From positions 43,620 to 107,619 of the IMG/VR virus record IMGVR_UViG_3300034061_000981: a stretch of DNA of 64,000 bases, one strand, 5' to 3'. The translations under genes were made by a program, and so were the position numbers. Origin of the DNA: a virus. Within the stretch, counting starts at the first letter, position 1, and the number at the start of each line of letters is the position of its first letter. The notes under the pieces are model-generated. The model was given only the letters and a program-made list of their open reading frames with translations, was not told where the DNA came from and did no database searches. Of this stretch, positions 1-10,553 are shown in pieces.

Positions 1-453
1 AAAACAGTAATGCCAAACTATTTCTTAGAATGGACTCCGTTGTTTGATGAGATGAGTGTTAATGCAGGTCCATGGCAATATAAAGATTCTGCGAAAGAAG
101 CATGGTTGCGTGAACACACTACTGAGATTCAACAAACTAAGCGTAAGCCTATGAAAAGAACAACACTTACTGTTAGTTACAATAAATACGATGATAACAG
201 TACAGAAGTATGTAATAGTAATGAAGTTATTGTTGCAGGTAACAATTTCTTCAGTGGCTGGAATTGTAACGTAGGTGATGCTATCTTTATCAATCCAGTA
301 GGAGAAATGAGTTTAGCAAGTTGCGGTATGGGTGGTTATGTAGGTCACATATTGACTGATATTAACCGTGTAGGACCAAAACAAATTGTTTGTGAAAAAG
401 AACACTGCCATTGCGGTACTGATATTATTATACCAAAGTTTTTAGAAGAATAA
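1..453 (+). CDS. Radical SAM protein, C-terminal Cys-rich (SPASM/twitch-like) part; probably begins upstream of the window
   Basis: GWNCNVG...CG.GG..G...CEKEHCHCGTD resembles the C-terminus of the radical SAM protein at 41027-42007; frame is open to the window edge. Confidence 0.65.
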   Translation, partial: KTVMPNYFLEWTPLFDEMSVNAGPWQYKDSAKEAWLREHTTEIQQTKRKPMKRTTLTVSYNKYDDNSTEVCNSNEVIVAGNNFFSGWNCNVGDAIFINPVGEMSLASCGMGGYVGHILTDINRVGPKQIVCEKEHCHCGTDIIIPKFLEE

Positions 454-454
454 A

Positions 455-1774
455 ATGAGTGATAAAAAAATTAATTTAGTATATAATTGGCTTGGTCCTA
501 AAGGTCCTATTCCAAACACAGAGGTACCTAATGTATTACATTTAGCTGCCGTAGGAGAATCAACTACTACTAATAGCCCAAACTTTTGGTGTGACAGTAT
601 ATGGCATTTAATGTTTTGCAACAAACCAGGATATGGTATTAGTAGTGCTGTATTCTTAGGTCTAGATGATGTGTTCATTTATCCTTTTTCTATTACATGG
701 AGAATAAATTTTACTTCTTATTTTCATAAAGGTGGAGGGATTTTAGAGTACTCACATACCAATGGTCAACTTAAACATTTAGTTGCAACTGGCAAAGGGT
801 TTATTTTAATTGAAGATGCCGCAGAAGCTCACATTGAACCATCTCAAATACAAGCAATGCATACATATTTTAATGAGAGTCATATTCCCATGAATAAGAT
901 AATATATGTTACTGGCTGTATGAATGCACAAGCATTGTATGATGAGTGGTGTCTAATAAATGGAATTAATCATCCTAGGGATAAAATGAATATATTATCA
1001 TATCCCACTTCACAAAATAGTTTAGCAACATATTTTAACGTATGGAACCCTCAAGTTCCTGAATATGATACTGAACGTGTTCCTGAAAAATTATTTTTAT
1101 CCTGGAATCGTAGATTTAGACCACATAGAACTGCAATGGCATTTGGTTTAGATAAACTAGGATTAGTAGATAGATCATACTTAAGTATAGGATTAGTAGA
1201 CCCGGAAAATTCTGCAATGCACATAACACATACGTTGCAGGATCATTTACTTTATCAACTGGACATACAACCCGAAGATAAAATTCGTTTTGTAAACAAA
1301 TTACCATTAGTATTAGATGGTGAAAACGATGTTAATCAAATGTGTCAGGATTTCAATGATGCTACTAGACCCTTTTATCAGAATAGTTTAGTGAGTCTTG
1401 TATCCGAAACAAATTTTTTGGAAAACGAAGTATCATTAACTGAAAAATCATTTAAACCTTTTAAAGAAAAACACCCATTTATTACTGTAGGGGTCAACGG
1501 TACATTACAAGCATTAAGAGATATGGGATTTATAACGTTTGGAGCCTTTTGGGATGAAAGTTATGATAACATAATTAGCCCAATAGAGAGAATGGCAGCA
1601 ATTCTAAATGTATGTAAAGACATTGCTACTTGGGATAGTGAAAAAATTAAAGATTTTAGACGCAGAGTTAAACCTATCTTAGACCACAATTATGAAATAT
1701 TAAAAATAGAATATTCATATGTACTTGCGGCTAAGATAAAAGATAGAATATTTGAAATAATAAATAACAAATGA
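455..1774 (+). CDS. Putative glycosyltransferase, GT10-like paralog 1
   Basis: FLSWNRRFRPHR, SLVSETNF, TEKSFKP, HPF, GF.TF..FWDESYD motifs shared with seven other ORFs. Confidence 0.55.
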   Translation: MSDKKINLVYNWLGPKGPIPNTEVPNVLHLAAVGESTTTNSPNFWCDSIWHLMFCNKPGYGISSAVFLGLDDVFIYPFSITWRINFTSYFHKGGGILEYSHTNGQLKHLVATGKGFILIEDAAEAHIEPSQIQAMHTYFNESHIPMNKIIYVTGCMNAQALYDEWCLINGINHPRDKMNILSYPTSQNSLATYFNVWNPQVPEYDTERVPEKLFLSWNRRFRPHRTAMAFGLDKLGLVDRSYLSIGLVDPENSAMHITHTLQDHLLYQLDIQPEDKIRFVNKLPLVLDGENDVNQMCQDFNDATRPFYQNSLVSLVSETNFLENEVSLTEKSFKPFKEKHPFITVGVNGTLQALRDMGFITFGAFWDESYDNIISPIERMAAILNVCKDIATWDSEKIKDFRRRVKPILDHNYEILKIEYSYVLAAKIKDRIFEIINNK

Positions 1775-2748
1775 AAAAAATATTAGTATGCGGTGCAGGA
1801 GGATTCATTGGATCACACCTGGTAGAAAAATTGAAAGAACAAGGTCATTATGTAATAGGTTCTGACCTTCATTATCCGTTATACAATGAAACTCCAGCAG
1901 ATGAGTTTTATATTATGGACTTGCGTGAACAAGAGAATGTTCGTAGATTAATCACTAGTGACATTGATGAGATATACCAACTAGCGGCTGATATGGGAGG
2001 CGCCGGCTATATCTTTACAGGTGAGCATGATGCTGACATTATGCATAACAGTTGTCAAATCAATTTGAACATATTAGATTCAATGGTTAAATCCAAGGTT
2101 AAAAAAGTTTTCTATAGTTCAAGCGCATGTATGTATCCAAGTCATAATCAGGAAGATCCTGATAATCCTTTATTAGCAGAAGATAGCGCATATCCTGCAA
2201 ACCCTGACAGCGAGTATGGTTGGGAGAAACTGTTCTCAGAACGTTTATATATGACATATGGGCGTAACTATAACTTGGACGTTCGTATCGCACGTTTTCA
2301 CAACATCTTTGGCCCAAGAGGTTCTTGGGATAATGGTAAAGAAAAAGCACCAGCGGCATTGTGCCGCAAAGTAGCACTATGCAAAGATGGTGGTGTTATT
2401 GACGTATGGGGCCCGGGCAATCAAACACGTTCATTCTTGTTTATTGATGAATGTGTTGAAGGTATGCAACGTATTATGACTAGTGAGTATACTAAGCCAG
2501 TCAATCTAGGTAGCACTAGAATGATTAGTATCAATAACTTAGTTTTACTGATTGCAAAATTAAATGGAAAAAATGTTAATATTCGTAACATTGATGGGCC
2601 ACGCGGTGTTATGGGTCGTAATAGTGACAACAGATTAATTAAAGAAACAATTAATTGGGCACCAGATGAAGATTTAGAATCAGGCTTAATTAAAACATAT
2701 AACTGGATTGATGAACAAATTAGTAGAGGCATCAAAGACAACAAATGA
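1771..2748 (+). CDS. NAD-dependent epimerase, GDP-mannose 3,5-epimerase-like
   Basis: GAGGFIG, LAADMGG, SSACMYP, YGWEK, EKAPAALCRK motifs. Confidence 0.9.
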   Translation: MKKILVCGAGGFIGSHLVEKLKEQGHYVIGSDLHYPLYNETPADEFYIMDLREQENVRRLITSDIDEIYQLAADMGGAGYIFTGEHDADIMHNSCQINLNILDSMVKSKVKKVFYSSSACMYPSHNQEDPDNPLLAEDSAYPANPDSEYGWEKLFSERLYMTYGRNYNLDVRIARFHNIFGPRGSWDNGKEKAPAALCRKVALCKDGGVIDVWGPGNQTRSFLFIDECVEGMQRIMTSEYTKPVNLGSTRMISINNLVLLIAKLNGKNVNIRNIDGPRGVMGRNSDNRLIKETINWAPDEDLESGLIKTYNWIDEQISRGIKDNK

Positions 2749-3770
2749 TTACATGTTATTTTGTAAATCACGTATCTTTACGAGGTAGAGAACATATAGT
2801 TGTTAATGAAATAGAAAATATAAATCCTGATATAATTATAGGATTGTGTTTAGAAGAATTTGATTACCACTATATTTTTGAAAAATTCTTCAAGGTAATT
2901 CAACCATATTTAATACGTACAAACAAAATAATGAAACTTATTGCACCGTACGTTGATTCTAAACCTGTACCTAATAATATAATAGTTGAAAAGTCATATG
3001 GATATTATCATTGGTCATGTGGTTCAATAGAGAATTGCATAGAAAATAAAATAGAGTTCAACTTTACTGATACTACTAAACTGTTTACAAATTATAATAA
3101 CAATAACAAATATCAACGTGCTATGTTGGTAGATGAGTTTGTAAAAAATGATTTATTGAAAGACGGGATTGTAACATTAAATAAACCCGAAATGAGACTA
3201 GCCGACGGCCGCCCATATATTTATAAATATCACGATGGTTCAAAAATAGTTGATGAGACAGATTTTGTGTTAAATGCAAAGTATGAATACAATGCTGGAA
3301 TGTTTCCAAAAAGTTATTTTAATGGATTTATAGATATAGTTTCAGAATCTACATATGATGCTGGTGAGTTTTTTATTACTGAAAAAACAGCTAAACCAAT
3401 TGGTGCCCTTAAACCTTTTTTAGTTTTTGGTCCACCACTAGTGCACCAACATTTATATAATAATTATGGCATTGAATATTATAATGAATTGTTTGACTAT
3501 TCATTTGATATAGAAGAAGATATTGAAAAACGTATTGATGGAATAGTTCAAAATTTATTAAGGTTAAGACAACTTTCAAATGCTGAACTTATATCTATGT
3601 ATAAATCTATTAACGATAAATTAATATGTAATAGAAAAAACTATTTACAAATTAAAACAGATCGAGTTTATATACCCGAATCTTTAAAATTTTTAGAACA
3701 GTATGACAATGGTGTTAAATGCTACGGTGATACTAAAGCGAGTATATTACATATGATAGGAATAAAATGA
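2745..3770 (+). CDS. Putative glycosyltransferase, GT10-like paralog 2
   Basis: DIVSEST..FFITEKTAKP..KPF..ELFDYSFD. Confidence 0.5.
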   Translation: MITCYFVNHVSLRGREHIVVNEIENINPDIIIGLCLEEFDYHYIFEKFFKVIQPYLIRTNKIMKLIAPYVDSKPVPNNIIVEKSYGYYHWSCGSIENCIENKIEFNFTDTTKLFTNYNNNNKYQRAMLVDEFVKNDLLKDGIVTLNKPEMRLADGRPYIYKYHDGSKIVDETDFVLNAKYEYNAGMFPKSYFNGFIDIVSESTYDAGEFFITEKTAKPIGALKPFLVFGPPLVHQHLYNNYGIEYYNELFDYSFDIEEDIEKRIDGIVQNLLRLRQLSNAELISMYKSINDKLICNRKNYLQIKTDRVYIPESLKFLEQYDNGVKCYGDTKASILHMIGIK

Positions 3771-4651
3771 CAAAAAAATATATTATTGGTTTAGGATGTA
3801 GCTGGACACAAGGTGAAGGTGGTTATCCTGAAGAAATATGGAAACAATATAACGGCAGCCCTCAACGTGCATTAAGATGTAAAGATGATTACGCTATACG
3901 ACACTATGAACATGAAAATAGTTGGGTTAACGTATTATGTCGTGACCACTTCCCTGAATATGAACCTGTTAATCTAGGTGTCAAAGGTATAGGTAATCGT
4001 GCGGCGGTAGGACAATTACATTTTTGTGATAAAGTAGACTTTAACAATAGTACTGGTATTATTGTATTAATGTTAAGTGGTTTTGAAAGATTAGATTTGT
4101 TCCAGCAATATCCACATACTAGTGACGGGCAGAATGATTTTTATTCTAAGAATGAATTTCGTCATTATAAATGGAGAACAGCATGGCCAATTCCAAATCA
4201 TAGTACAGGCGATACATCATACTGGGATGTGTATGCTAGAGAATTATGGAGTGAACAGTTTGTCTCCGCACATCAAATGTGTAATTTATTAGAACTACAA
4301 ACGTTTGCAAAAGCATATGGGTATAAAGTTGTTGTGGCTAATGGATTTAATCAACGGCAAGAGGGTATTAAACAATACCTACGTGATAATGCAGGTTATT
4401 TAGTTGATAAATTTGATTGGTCAACGTATATACATGATACTACTCCATATTCCGCTTTTGTACAAAAGCTAGTAGAACTTGATGGACTAATTCAACCTGA
4501 GCATTGGGGTGGATTCCATCAATATTATAGTCAGCGTGATTGGCCTGCTAAATACTTGACAAACTGTGACGGAGCACATCCTACAGTAGATGGTTATAAA
4601 GCAATAGGAAGTGAACTTGCACGGTTTATCAAATTACGCGGATATGTCTAA
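3767..4651 (+). CDS. SGNH/GDSL hydrolase-like protein
   Basis: N-terminal GCSWTQG, NLGVKGIGN, C-terminal DGAHP. Confidence 0.6.
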   Translation: MTKKYIIGLGCSWTQGEGGYPEEIWKQYNGSPQRALRCKDDYAIRHYEHENSWVNVLCRDHFPEYEPVNLGVKGIGNRAAVGQLHFCDKVDFNNSTGIIVLMLSGFERLDLFQQYPHTSDGQNDFYSKNEFRHYKWRTAWPIPNHSTGDTSYWDVYARELWSEQFVSAHQMCNLLELQTFAKAYGYKVVVANGFNQRQEGIKQYLRDNAGYLVDKFDWSTYIHDTTPYSAFVQKLVELDGLIQPEHWGGFHQYYSQRDWPAKYLTNCDGAHPTVDGYKAIGSELARFIKLRGYV

Positions 4652-6581
4652 ACGAAAAATTAGTTTTGTAAACCCAAACTTTTCACAAGGACCCAGAGAG
4701 TTTAACGCATATTACTTGCCTTATACTCCTGCCGTTCTTTGGGCATACAGCCAGCAATTCCCTAAAATATCAAACAATTATGAGCTAGGTGATTTCATTT
4801 GGCGCAGAGATTTAATTGAAGAAGCAGTTGAATTATTGAAAGATAATGACGTTGTTGGCTTTAGTACATATGTTTGGAACCGTAGCTATAATGCAGTGCT
4901 TGGTCGTGAATTAAAAAAGGCCAACCCAAACATATTCATTATTGCTGGTGGACCTGAATACCCCATAGAGAAACCAGACTTTTTTGTAAAGTACCCCTTC
5001 ATTGATATATGTGTGAAACTTGAAGGTGAAATTTCAATGAAAAAAATACTCATTGAAAGATTAAAAGATAAACCAGACTATACAACTATTCCAGGACTGT
5101 TAATTAATGACAACGGCAACACAATTGATACGGGTGATAGTAAACGCATTGAAGATTTAGATAGTATTCCTAGTCCATATCTATTGGGTATATTTGATAA
5201 ATTGATGAAGAAGCATCCCGAAGTACGTTGGAATGTAACACTAGAAACAAATCGTGGTTGTCCCTATGCTTGTACATTCTGTGACTGGGGTAGTTTAACA
5301 TACAACAAAGTTAAGAAATTTGGACTAGAACGTGTTTACCATGAACTAGAATGGATTGGTAAAAATGGTTGCGACTTTGTAAGTATTACCGATGCAAACT
5401 TTGGTATCTTTGCTGAACGTGATAGTTTAATTGCTGACAAACTAATTGAAGTGCAAAAGAAGTGGGGTAACCCACGTGCTTATACAATTGCATGGGCAAA
5501 GAATCAAAAACAAGAAGTTGTTGATATTGTACATAAGTTGATTTACGAAGGTGGAAGCAAGATGGGTCTTAATTTATCTGTACAGTCAATGGATGACGAT
5601 GTATTAGATATCATTAAGCGCAAGAACCTTGAAATGAATAAGATTGAAGAAGTATTTAAACTGTGTGAGGAATATAATATTCCACTATACACAGAACTAA
5701 TTCTAGGATTGCCCGGCGAAACTATGAGAAGTTGGAAAGAAAACTTTTATAAACTATATAAGAGTGGCAACCATACTGGCATTACTGTATATCAAGCACA
5801 ATTACTTGAGAACGCAGAGATGAATTTAACTCAGCGTAAGATGTATAAACTAGAGGGCAAGATTGTTTATGACTATCTAGTTGGTACATACAATGAACAT
5901 GAATTAAAAGAGGGTATTGAAGTAATTGTTAGTACCCGTGACTTACCACGTGAACAAATGATTGAAGCACAAGTGTTTAGTTGGTTTATGAATACTTTTC
6001 ATATTAATGGCATAACCAATTATATCTCACGTGTGTTGTATAAAAAACACAATATTGAATACAGTGACTTCTATGATAAACTATGGAAGTATGTTGCAGA
6101 AGATGAATGGTTAGCAAGCGAAGTTAAACGTATTGAAGATCATTACGAGAAGTGGACTACTGACGGGTTAATCAATCATACTCCAATTGAGGGTATGGAG
6201 ATTCATGGCTGGAATCTAATTCACAGTACAGTAATTAATTTGCACAGCGCAAGCAAACATAATCATATCTTTAATGTAATTGAAAAGTTCCTACGTAGTG
6301 AGTATGATATTGAAGAAAGTCTATTACAAGACTTAATGACATTCCAGCGTACATTCTTAATTGACTATAACGAGATTCAGAACTATACAAAAACTATTAC
6401 GTTTAAGCATGACATTCCTGGCTATGTGCAGAATACACATGATTTAAATACTGAATCTACATATGAGTTTGAATTCCCGGAAGATCATAACATGTCATTA
6501 CAACGTTTCTGCGAACAGATTTTCTTTGCACGTAGAAGAAACTTTGGTAAAGCGTGGATAACTAAAAATGGCACTAATTAA
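4644..6581 (+). CDS. B12-binding radical SAM protein (class B methyltransferase-like)
   Basis: GFSTYVWN and GGPE cobalamin-domain motifs; RGCPYACTFC (CxxxCxxC); start placed at ATG 4644. Confidence 0.85.
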   Translation: MSKRKISFVNPNFSQGPREFNAYYLPYTPAVLWAYSQQFPKISNNYELGDFIWRRDLIEEAVELLKDNDVVGFSTYVWNRSYNAVLGRELKKANPNIFIIAGGPEYPIEKPDFFVKYPFIDICVKLEGEISMKKILIERLKDKPDYTTIPGLLINDNGNTIDTGDSKRIEDLDSIPSPYLLGIFDKLMKKHPEVRWNVTLETNRGCPYACTFCDWGSLTYNKVKKFGLERVYHELEWIGKNGCDFVSITDANFGIFAERDSLIADKLIEVQKKWGNPRAYTIAWAKNQKQEVVDIVHKLIYEGGSKMGLNLSVQSMDDDVLDIIKRKNLEMNKIEEVFKLCEEYNIPLYTELILGLPGETMRSWKENFYKLYKSGNHTGITVYQAQLLENAEMNLTQRKMYKLEGKIVYDYLVGTYNEHELKEGIEVIVSTRDLPREQMIEAQVFSWFMNTFHINGITNYISRVLYKKHNIEYSDFYDKLWKYVAEDEWLASEVKRIEDHYEKWTTDGLINHTPIEGMEIHGWNLIHSTVINLHSASKHNHIFNVIEKFLRSEYDIEESLLQDLMTFQRTFLIDYNEIQNYTKTITFKHDIPGYVQNTHDLNTESTYEFEFPEDHNMSLQRFCEQIFFARRRNFGKAWITKNGTN

Positions 6582-7704
6582 TAAAGACAATACATGGTTT
6601 CTTGGAGTTAACGAATATCATCATCGTCCTATATCATATACAAGAGATATACATAACTTTGAAGATACTGATTATTGGTACGCTGAATTCTTTGGTCCTG
6701 AGTCGATTAATTATTTATTAAACCCCGATGTATTGTCAATAGACGCATTAACTAGAATACAAAATAAAACGTGTGTATTAATGTTGAATAATGCACATGA
6801 AGCGTTTCACACAGTGGTAAAATCAATATATGATATTGCTGTAATACAATTGAGTATTCCCCCGGAACAAATTATATTGATAAGTGAATCAGCCATCATT
6901 GACAAAGAAGTAGAAAAAATAGCAAACGAATATAATTTAGGAAAAATTAAAACTGAATGGATGCGAATGTTTGAACGTGCTGTTTCAACGATAAACCATA
7001 AACCGTTAGAAACATTAAAATATAAACATTACGATAAGAAGTTCGTTAATTTTAATAGACGTTGGAGATTGCATCGTCCTGCATTGGTTGCGTTATTAGA
7101 AATAAAAAGTTTATTAGATAAGGGTTATGTTAGCCTTGCAAAGACAGAAGAATATAATGACACATGGGATGTATTCTTTGAACATATGTCTTGGACGTTA
7201 AGACATAATCCTAATTTTGTTGATACTTTTGTTCGTAATAAAGAAAAAATTAGTAATATTCCAGCAATGATATTGGACCAAACTGATATGACAATCAACC
7301 ATGCACACAAACTAACAGACTCAACCGACATATATTATGAAAATACATACTTTAGCGTAGTATCCGAAACTAATTTTTTTAAAGCAATTGCTGAAGGGAT
7401 ATTTGTTAGTGAAAAGATTTTTAGACCAATACTAAAAAAACATCCATTTATTTTAGTGTCCAGACCACATACGCTAAGTATAATGAGAAATATTGGATAT
7501 AAAACATTTGATTCTATTATCAATGAGGATTACGACAAAGAAGAAGATGATTGTAAACGTATGTTAATGATAGTAGATGAAATAGATAGGTTATGTCATT
7601 TAAATGATGATCAATTACGTGTGTTTTTACATAAGGCAAAAATGATCACGGAGTATAATTATATGATACTTTTTAGTAAAAGGGAGTTTTTAACAAAATT
7701 ATGA
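6568..7704 (+). CDS. Putative glycosyltransferase, GT10-like paralog 3
   Basis: FVNFNRRWRLHR, SVVSETNF, SEKIFRP, HPF. Confidence 0.55.
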   Translation: MALINKDNTWFLGVNEYHHRPISYTRDIHNFEDTDYWYAEFFGPESINYLLNPDVLSIDALTRIQNKTCVLMLNNAHEAFHTVVKSIYDIAVIQLSIPPEQIILISESAIIDKEVEKIANEYNLGKIKTEWMRMFERAVSTINHKPLETLKYKHYDKKFVNFNRRWRLHRPALVALLEIKSLLDKGYVSLAKTEEYNDTWDVFFEHMSWTLRHNPNFVDTFVRNKEKISNIPAMILDQTDMTINHAHKLTDSTDIYYENTYFSVVSETNFFKAIAEGIFVSEKIFRPILKKHPFILVSRPHTLSIMRNIGYKTFDSIINEDYDKEEDDCKRMLMIVDEIDRLCHLNDDQLRVFLHKAKMITEYNYMILFSKREFLTKL

Positions 7705-8522
7705 TTACAGATTTAACAAAATACAAAAGAATATTTGCGTTTGGATGTAGTTTTACGTCCTACATTTACCCTACATGGGCTGACATTATATATAAATCAA
7801 TGTCACCTGATGTTGAATTTTATAACTTTGGCAAATCAGGTGGCGGTAATGTCTTTATTGCAAATAGAATTACAGAAGCAAATAGAAAGTATAAATTTAC
7901 AGAAACTGATTTAGTGGTAGTATTATGGTCTACCCATGCTAGAATTGATTTTTTTAAAACAGACAGTGGTTGGAAAACCCCCGGTAATATATATACTCAA
8001 GGAATGTTGAGTGAACATTCAGTTCGTGAGTTAGAAGATTTAAATTGGTTTTTGCTTAGAGATTTATCTATGATTGATTTAACTACATCATATTTAAATA
8101 ATCTACCATGTGGTTCAATCAAATTAATGTCAGTTCCATTTAATTATGAAAGCAGATATAAAAATAAAGTTTTGTTGAATAAGTATCTTACAACTTCTAT
8201 AATAGAAACATACAGTGAACTACTTAAAGAATATCCTAACCCATCATTGTATGAATTTATGAATTATAAATGGTCATCATCTATAAAATATAAACATCAT
8301 CATCATCCGGAACAAGATGTTTTTATTGATTATCATCCCACTCCGGTTGATTACGCAAACTATTTAATTAAGTGTAATGTACCAATAACACAAGAGGCAA
8401 TTAATTACGCACATGAATCATTGGATAAAATGTTAGTTGAGGGAATAACACATCCTGACATAGTTACTATGTTCCCTGATTGTGACGAAAGAGTTAGTAA
8501 TGCATTTAAACAACTATGGTAA
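7701..8522 (+). CDS. SGNH/GDSL hydrolase-like protein
   Basis: GCSFT, NFGKSGGGN, DYHP. Confidence 0.6.
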   Translation: MITDLTKYKRIFAFGCSFTSYIYPTWADIIYKSMSPDVEFYNFGKSGGGNVFIANRITEANRKYKFTETDLVVVLWSTHARIDFFKTDSGWKTPGNIYTQGMLSEHSVRELEDLNWFLLRDLSMIDLTTSYLNNLPCGSIKLMSVPFNYESRYKNKVLLNKYLTTSIIETYSELLKEYPNPSLYEFMNYKWSSSIKYKHHHHPEQDVFIDYHPTPVDYANYLIKCNVPITQEAINYAHESLDKMLVEGITHPDIVTMFPDCDERVSNAFKQLW

Positions 8523-9517
8523 AATTATGTTATAACCCAGTTGATGGCATTGAGACAGATAAAATTATAGCTGATATCAATAAGTTTAATCCTTCAAAAA
8601 TCATTATTTTTAATGAATTAGAATGGGAATTAAAACATATTAATTTCGAATTTGTTCAATTATTAAAAGACAGAAATATTGAAATAGAAATAATATATGG
8701 AAGTTTCTATGACAATTCTTATGATAAGTATTGCAACCGAATGGGATTGGATAATAGTAATCTGACATTCTGGCCTACATATTGGATAAATTGGACGGAG
8801 ATATGTTTAAAAGGCGAAATAGATTATACTAAACACACAGTTAACACTGATTTTAAATATCCATTTATCTGTTTAAACAACAAAAATCATAAGCATAGAG
8901 CCGCATTGATTGATCATTTAGCAAAGTATAATTTACTTAATAAAGGAGTAGTAACTTGGCACAAATTTGCTAATTGTATGCATGGATATGAATTTAAATA
9001 TTATGATGATAGTATTAGATTAATTGATGATGACTTTGTGACTAAATTAGATTCATTCTTAATACCTAAACAATGGCATGAATCGTTTTTGCATGTCGTG
9101 GGTGAGGCTACAATCAATACACATTTTATTACAGAGAAAACAATTATTCCCATATTAATGAAAAAGCCATTTGTTTGTATTTCTAAACAAGGATATAATC
9201 AACGATTATTAGATTTGGGTTTTGTTTTGTACGATGAAATAATTGATTATTCATATGATAATTTAGAAGATGTAGGTGATAGAGCAGATAAACTATGTGA
9301 AAGCATTAGTAAAATTCCTACAAACTATTCAAAATTGTATGAGATACTAAAACCAAAAATAGAACATAATTATAATAGATGCTTAGAGATTATCAGGGAT
9401 AAAAAATATATTCCTAAATCTGCAATCGACCGTGTCGCTAATATGAAAGATAGTGATTATATACCAATGCATACTGACCTTAGGTATGAAAGAATGTTGA
9501 AAGAATGTAATGATTAA
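8516..9517 (+). CDS. Putative glycosyltransferase, GT10-like paralog 4
   Basis: FICLNNKNHKHR, HVVGEAT, FITEKT, KPF, DEIIDYSYD. Confidence 0.55.
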   Translation: MVKLCYNPVDGIETDKIIADINKFNPSKIIIFNELEWELKHINFEFVQLLKDRNIEIEIIYGSFYDNSYDKYCNRMGLDNSNLTFWPTYWINWTEICLKGEIDYTKHTVNTDFKYPFICLNNKNHKHRAALIDHLAKYNLLNKGVVTWHKFANCMHGYEFKYYDDSIRLIDDDFVTKLDSFLIPKQWHESFLHVVGEATINTHFITEKTIIPILMKKPFVCISKQGYNQRLLDLGFVLYDEIIDYSYDNLEDVGDRADKLCESISKIPTNYSKLYEILKPKIEHNYNRCLEIIRDKKYIPKSAIDRVANMKDSDYIPMHTDLRYERMLKECND

Positions 9518-10553
9518 GATTACTAACGTTTGGACAAATACATTTAAAGAATTTGTAGATGATGTTAGTGACAAAATTTCAGGAGTTACTTTGGTAATTC
9601 TTGATTGTTTGAATGAAGTTGATTACTATGACAAGGTATTTAAAAAACAGGATATCGATAGGTTATTAGAAATCACACAACAATATAATGTCCCGGTTAA
9701 AATACTAACACCAAACTTAAACAAAAATAAAAAACTTGATAAATTCACACATATAGAAATTATATGTTGGTCTACCTTTTGGTTTACTAGAACATATAGA
9801 GTTTGGACATATCCAGATACTATTGATTATAATCAAATAAAAGGTATTGATATTAAAAATGAAAATGTTTGTAAAAATTTTGAATTAACTTATCCATATG
9901 TATGTCTTAATAATATTAGAAAAAATCATAGAAGCAACCTAATGGATATGCTAGCAAAACATGATTTAATCAAACATGGGGCAGTATCATGGCGCGATGT
10001 ATGCCGAGCCGGCGTATCTGATAATTATTCTTATAAACATTGGAAACCTGAAATAATAATTTTAGATTTTGGTGTAAATGACATTTTTAAACAAGAAACT
10101 ATGCCGTTAGAATTTAATCATTCATTTATGCAAATAGTAACTGAATCAGATGATACGGAAACTTTTTTTAGTGAAAAAACAGCAACACCCATGTTTTTAA
10201 ATAAACCATTTTTAGTTGCAACTAATTGTGGGTTTCACACCGACTTAAAAAAGCATGGATTTGAATTATATGATGAGTTATTTGATTATTCATTTGATGA
10301 TGAACCTGATATGGAACTCAGATATGATAAATTGGTGCAGAATTTAAAATCATATATAGGATTAAGTCCGTCAGATTTACAAAAACAGTATGATAAGGTG
10401 GCTGATAAAATTACATATAACAGAAAACTGGCAATGAAATATGCGCTTCATGTACCAAAAGAAGTAATGGATTTGCACTTATTGGTAGAAGAAAAAGTTC
10501 AGGATTATACGGGCCCACTAAATAATATCAAATATATAGGTGAAGGATACTAA
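9510..10553 (+). CDS. Putative glycosyltransferase, GT10-like paralog 5
   Basis: VCLNNIRKNHR, QIVTES, FFSEKTATP, KPF, DELFDYSFD. Confidence 0.55.
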   Translation: MIKITNVWTNTFKEFVDDVSDKISGVTLVILDCLNEVDYYDKVFKKQDIDRLLEITQQYNVPVKILTPNLNKNKKLDKFTHIEIICWSTFWFTRTYRVWTYPDTIDYNQIKGIDIKNENVCKNFELTYPYVCLNNIRKNHRSNLMDMLAKHDLIKHGAVSWRDVCRAGVSDNYSYKHWKPEIIILDFGVNDIFKQETMPLEFNHSFMQIVTESDDTETFFSEKTATPMFLNKPFLVATNCGFHTDLKKHGFELYDELFDYSFDDEPDMELRYDKLVQNLKSYIGLSPSDLQKQYDKVADKITYNRKLAMKYALHVPKEVMDLHLLVEEKVQDYTGPLNNIKYIGEGY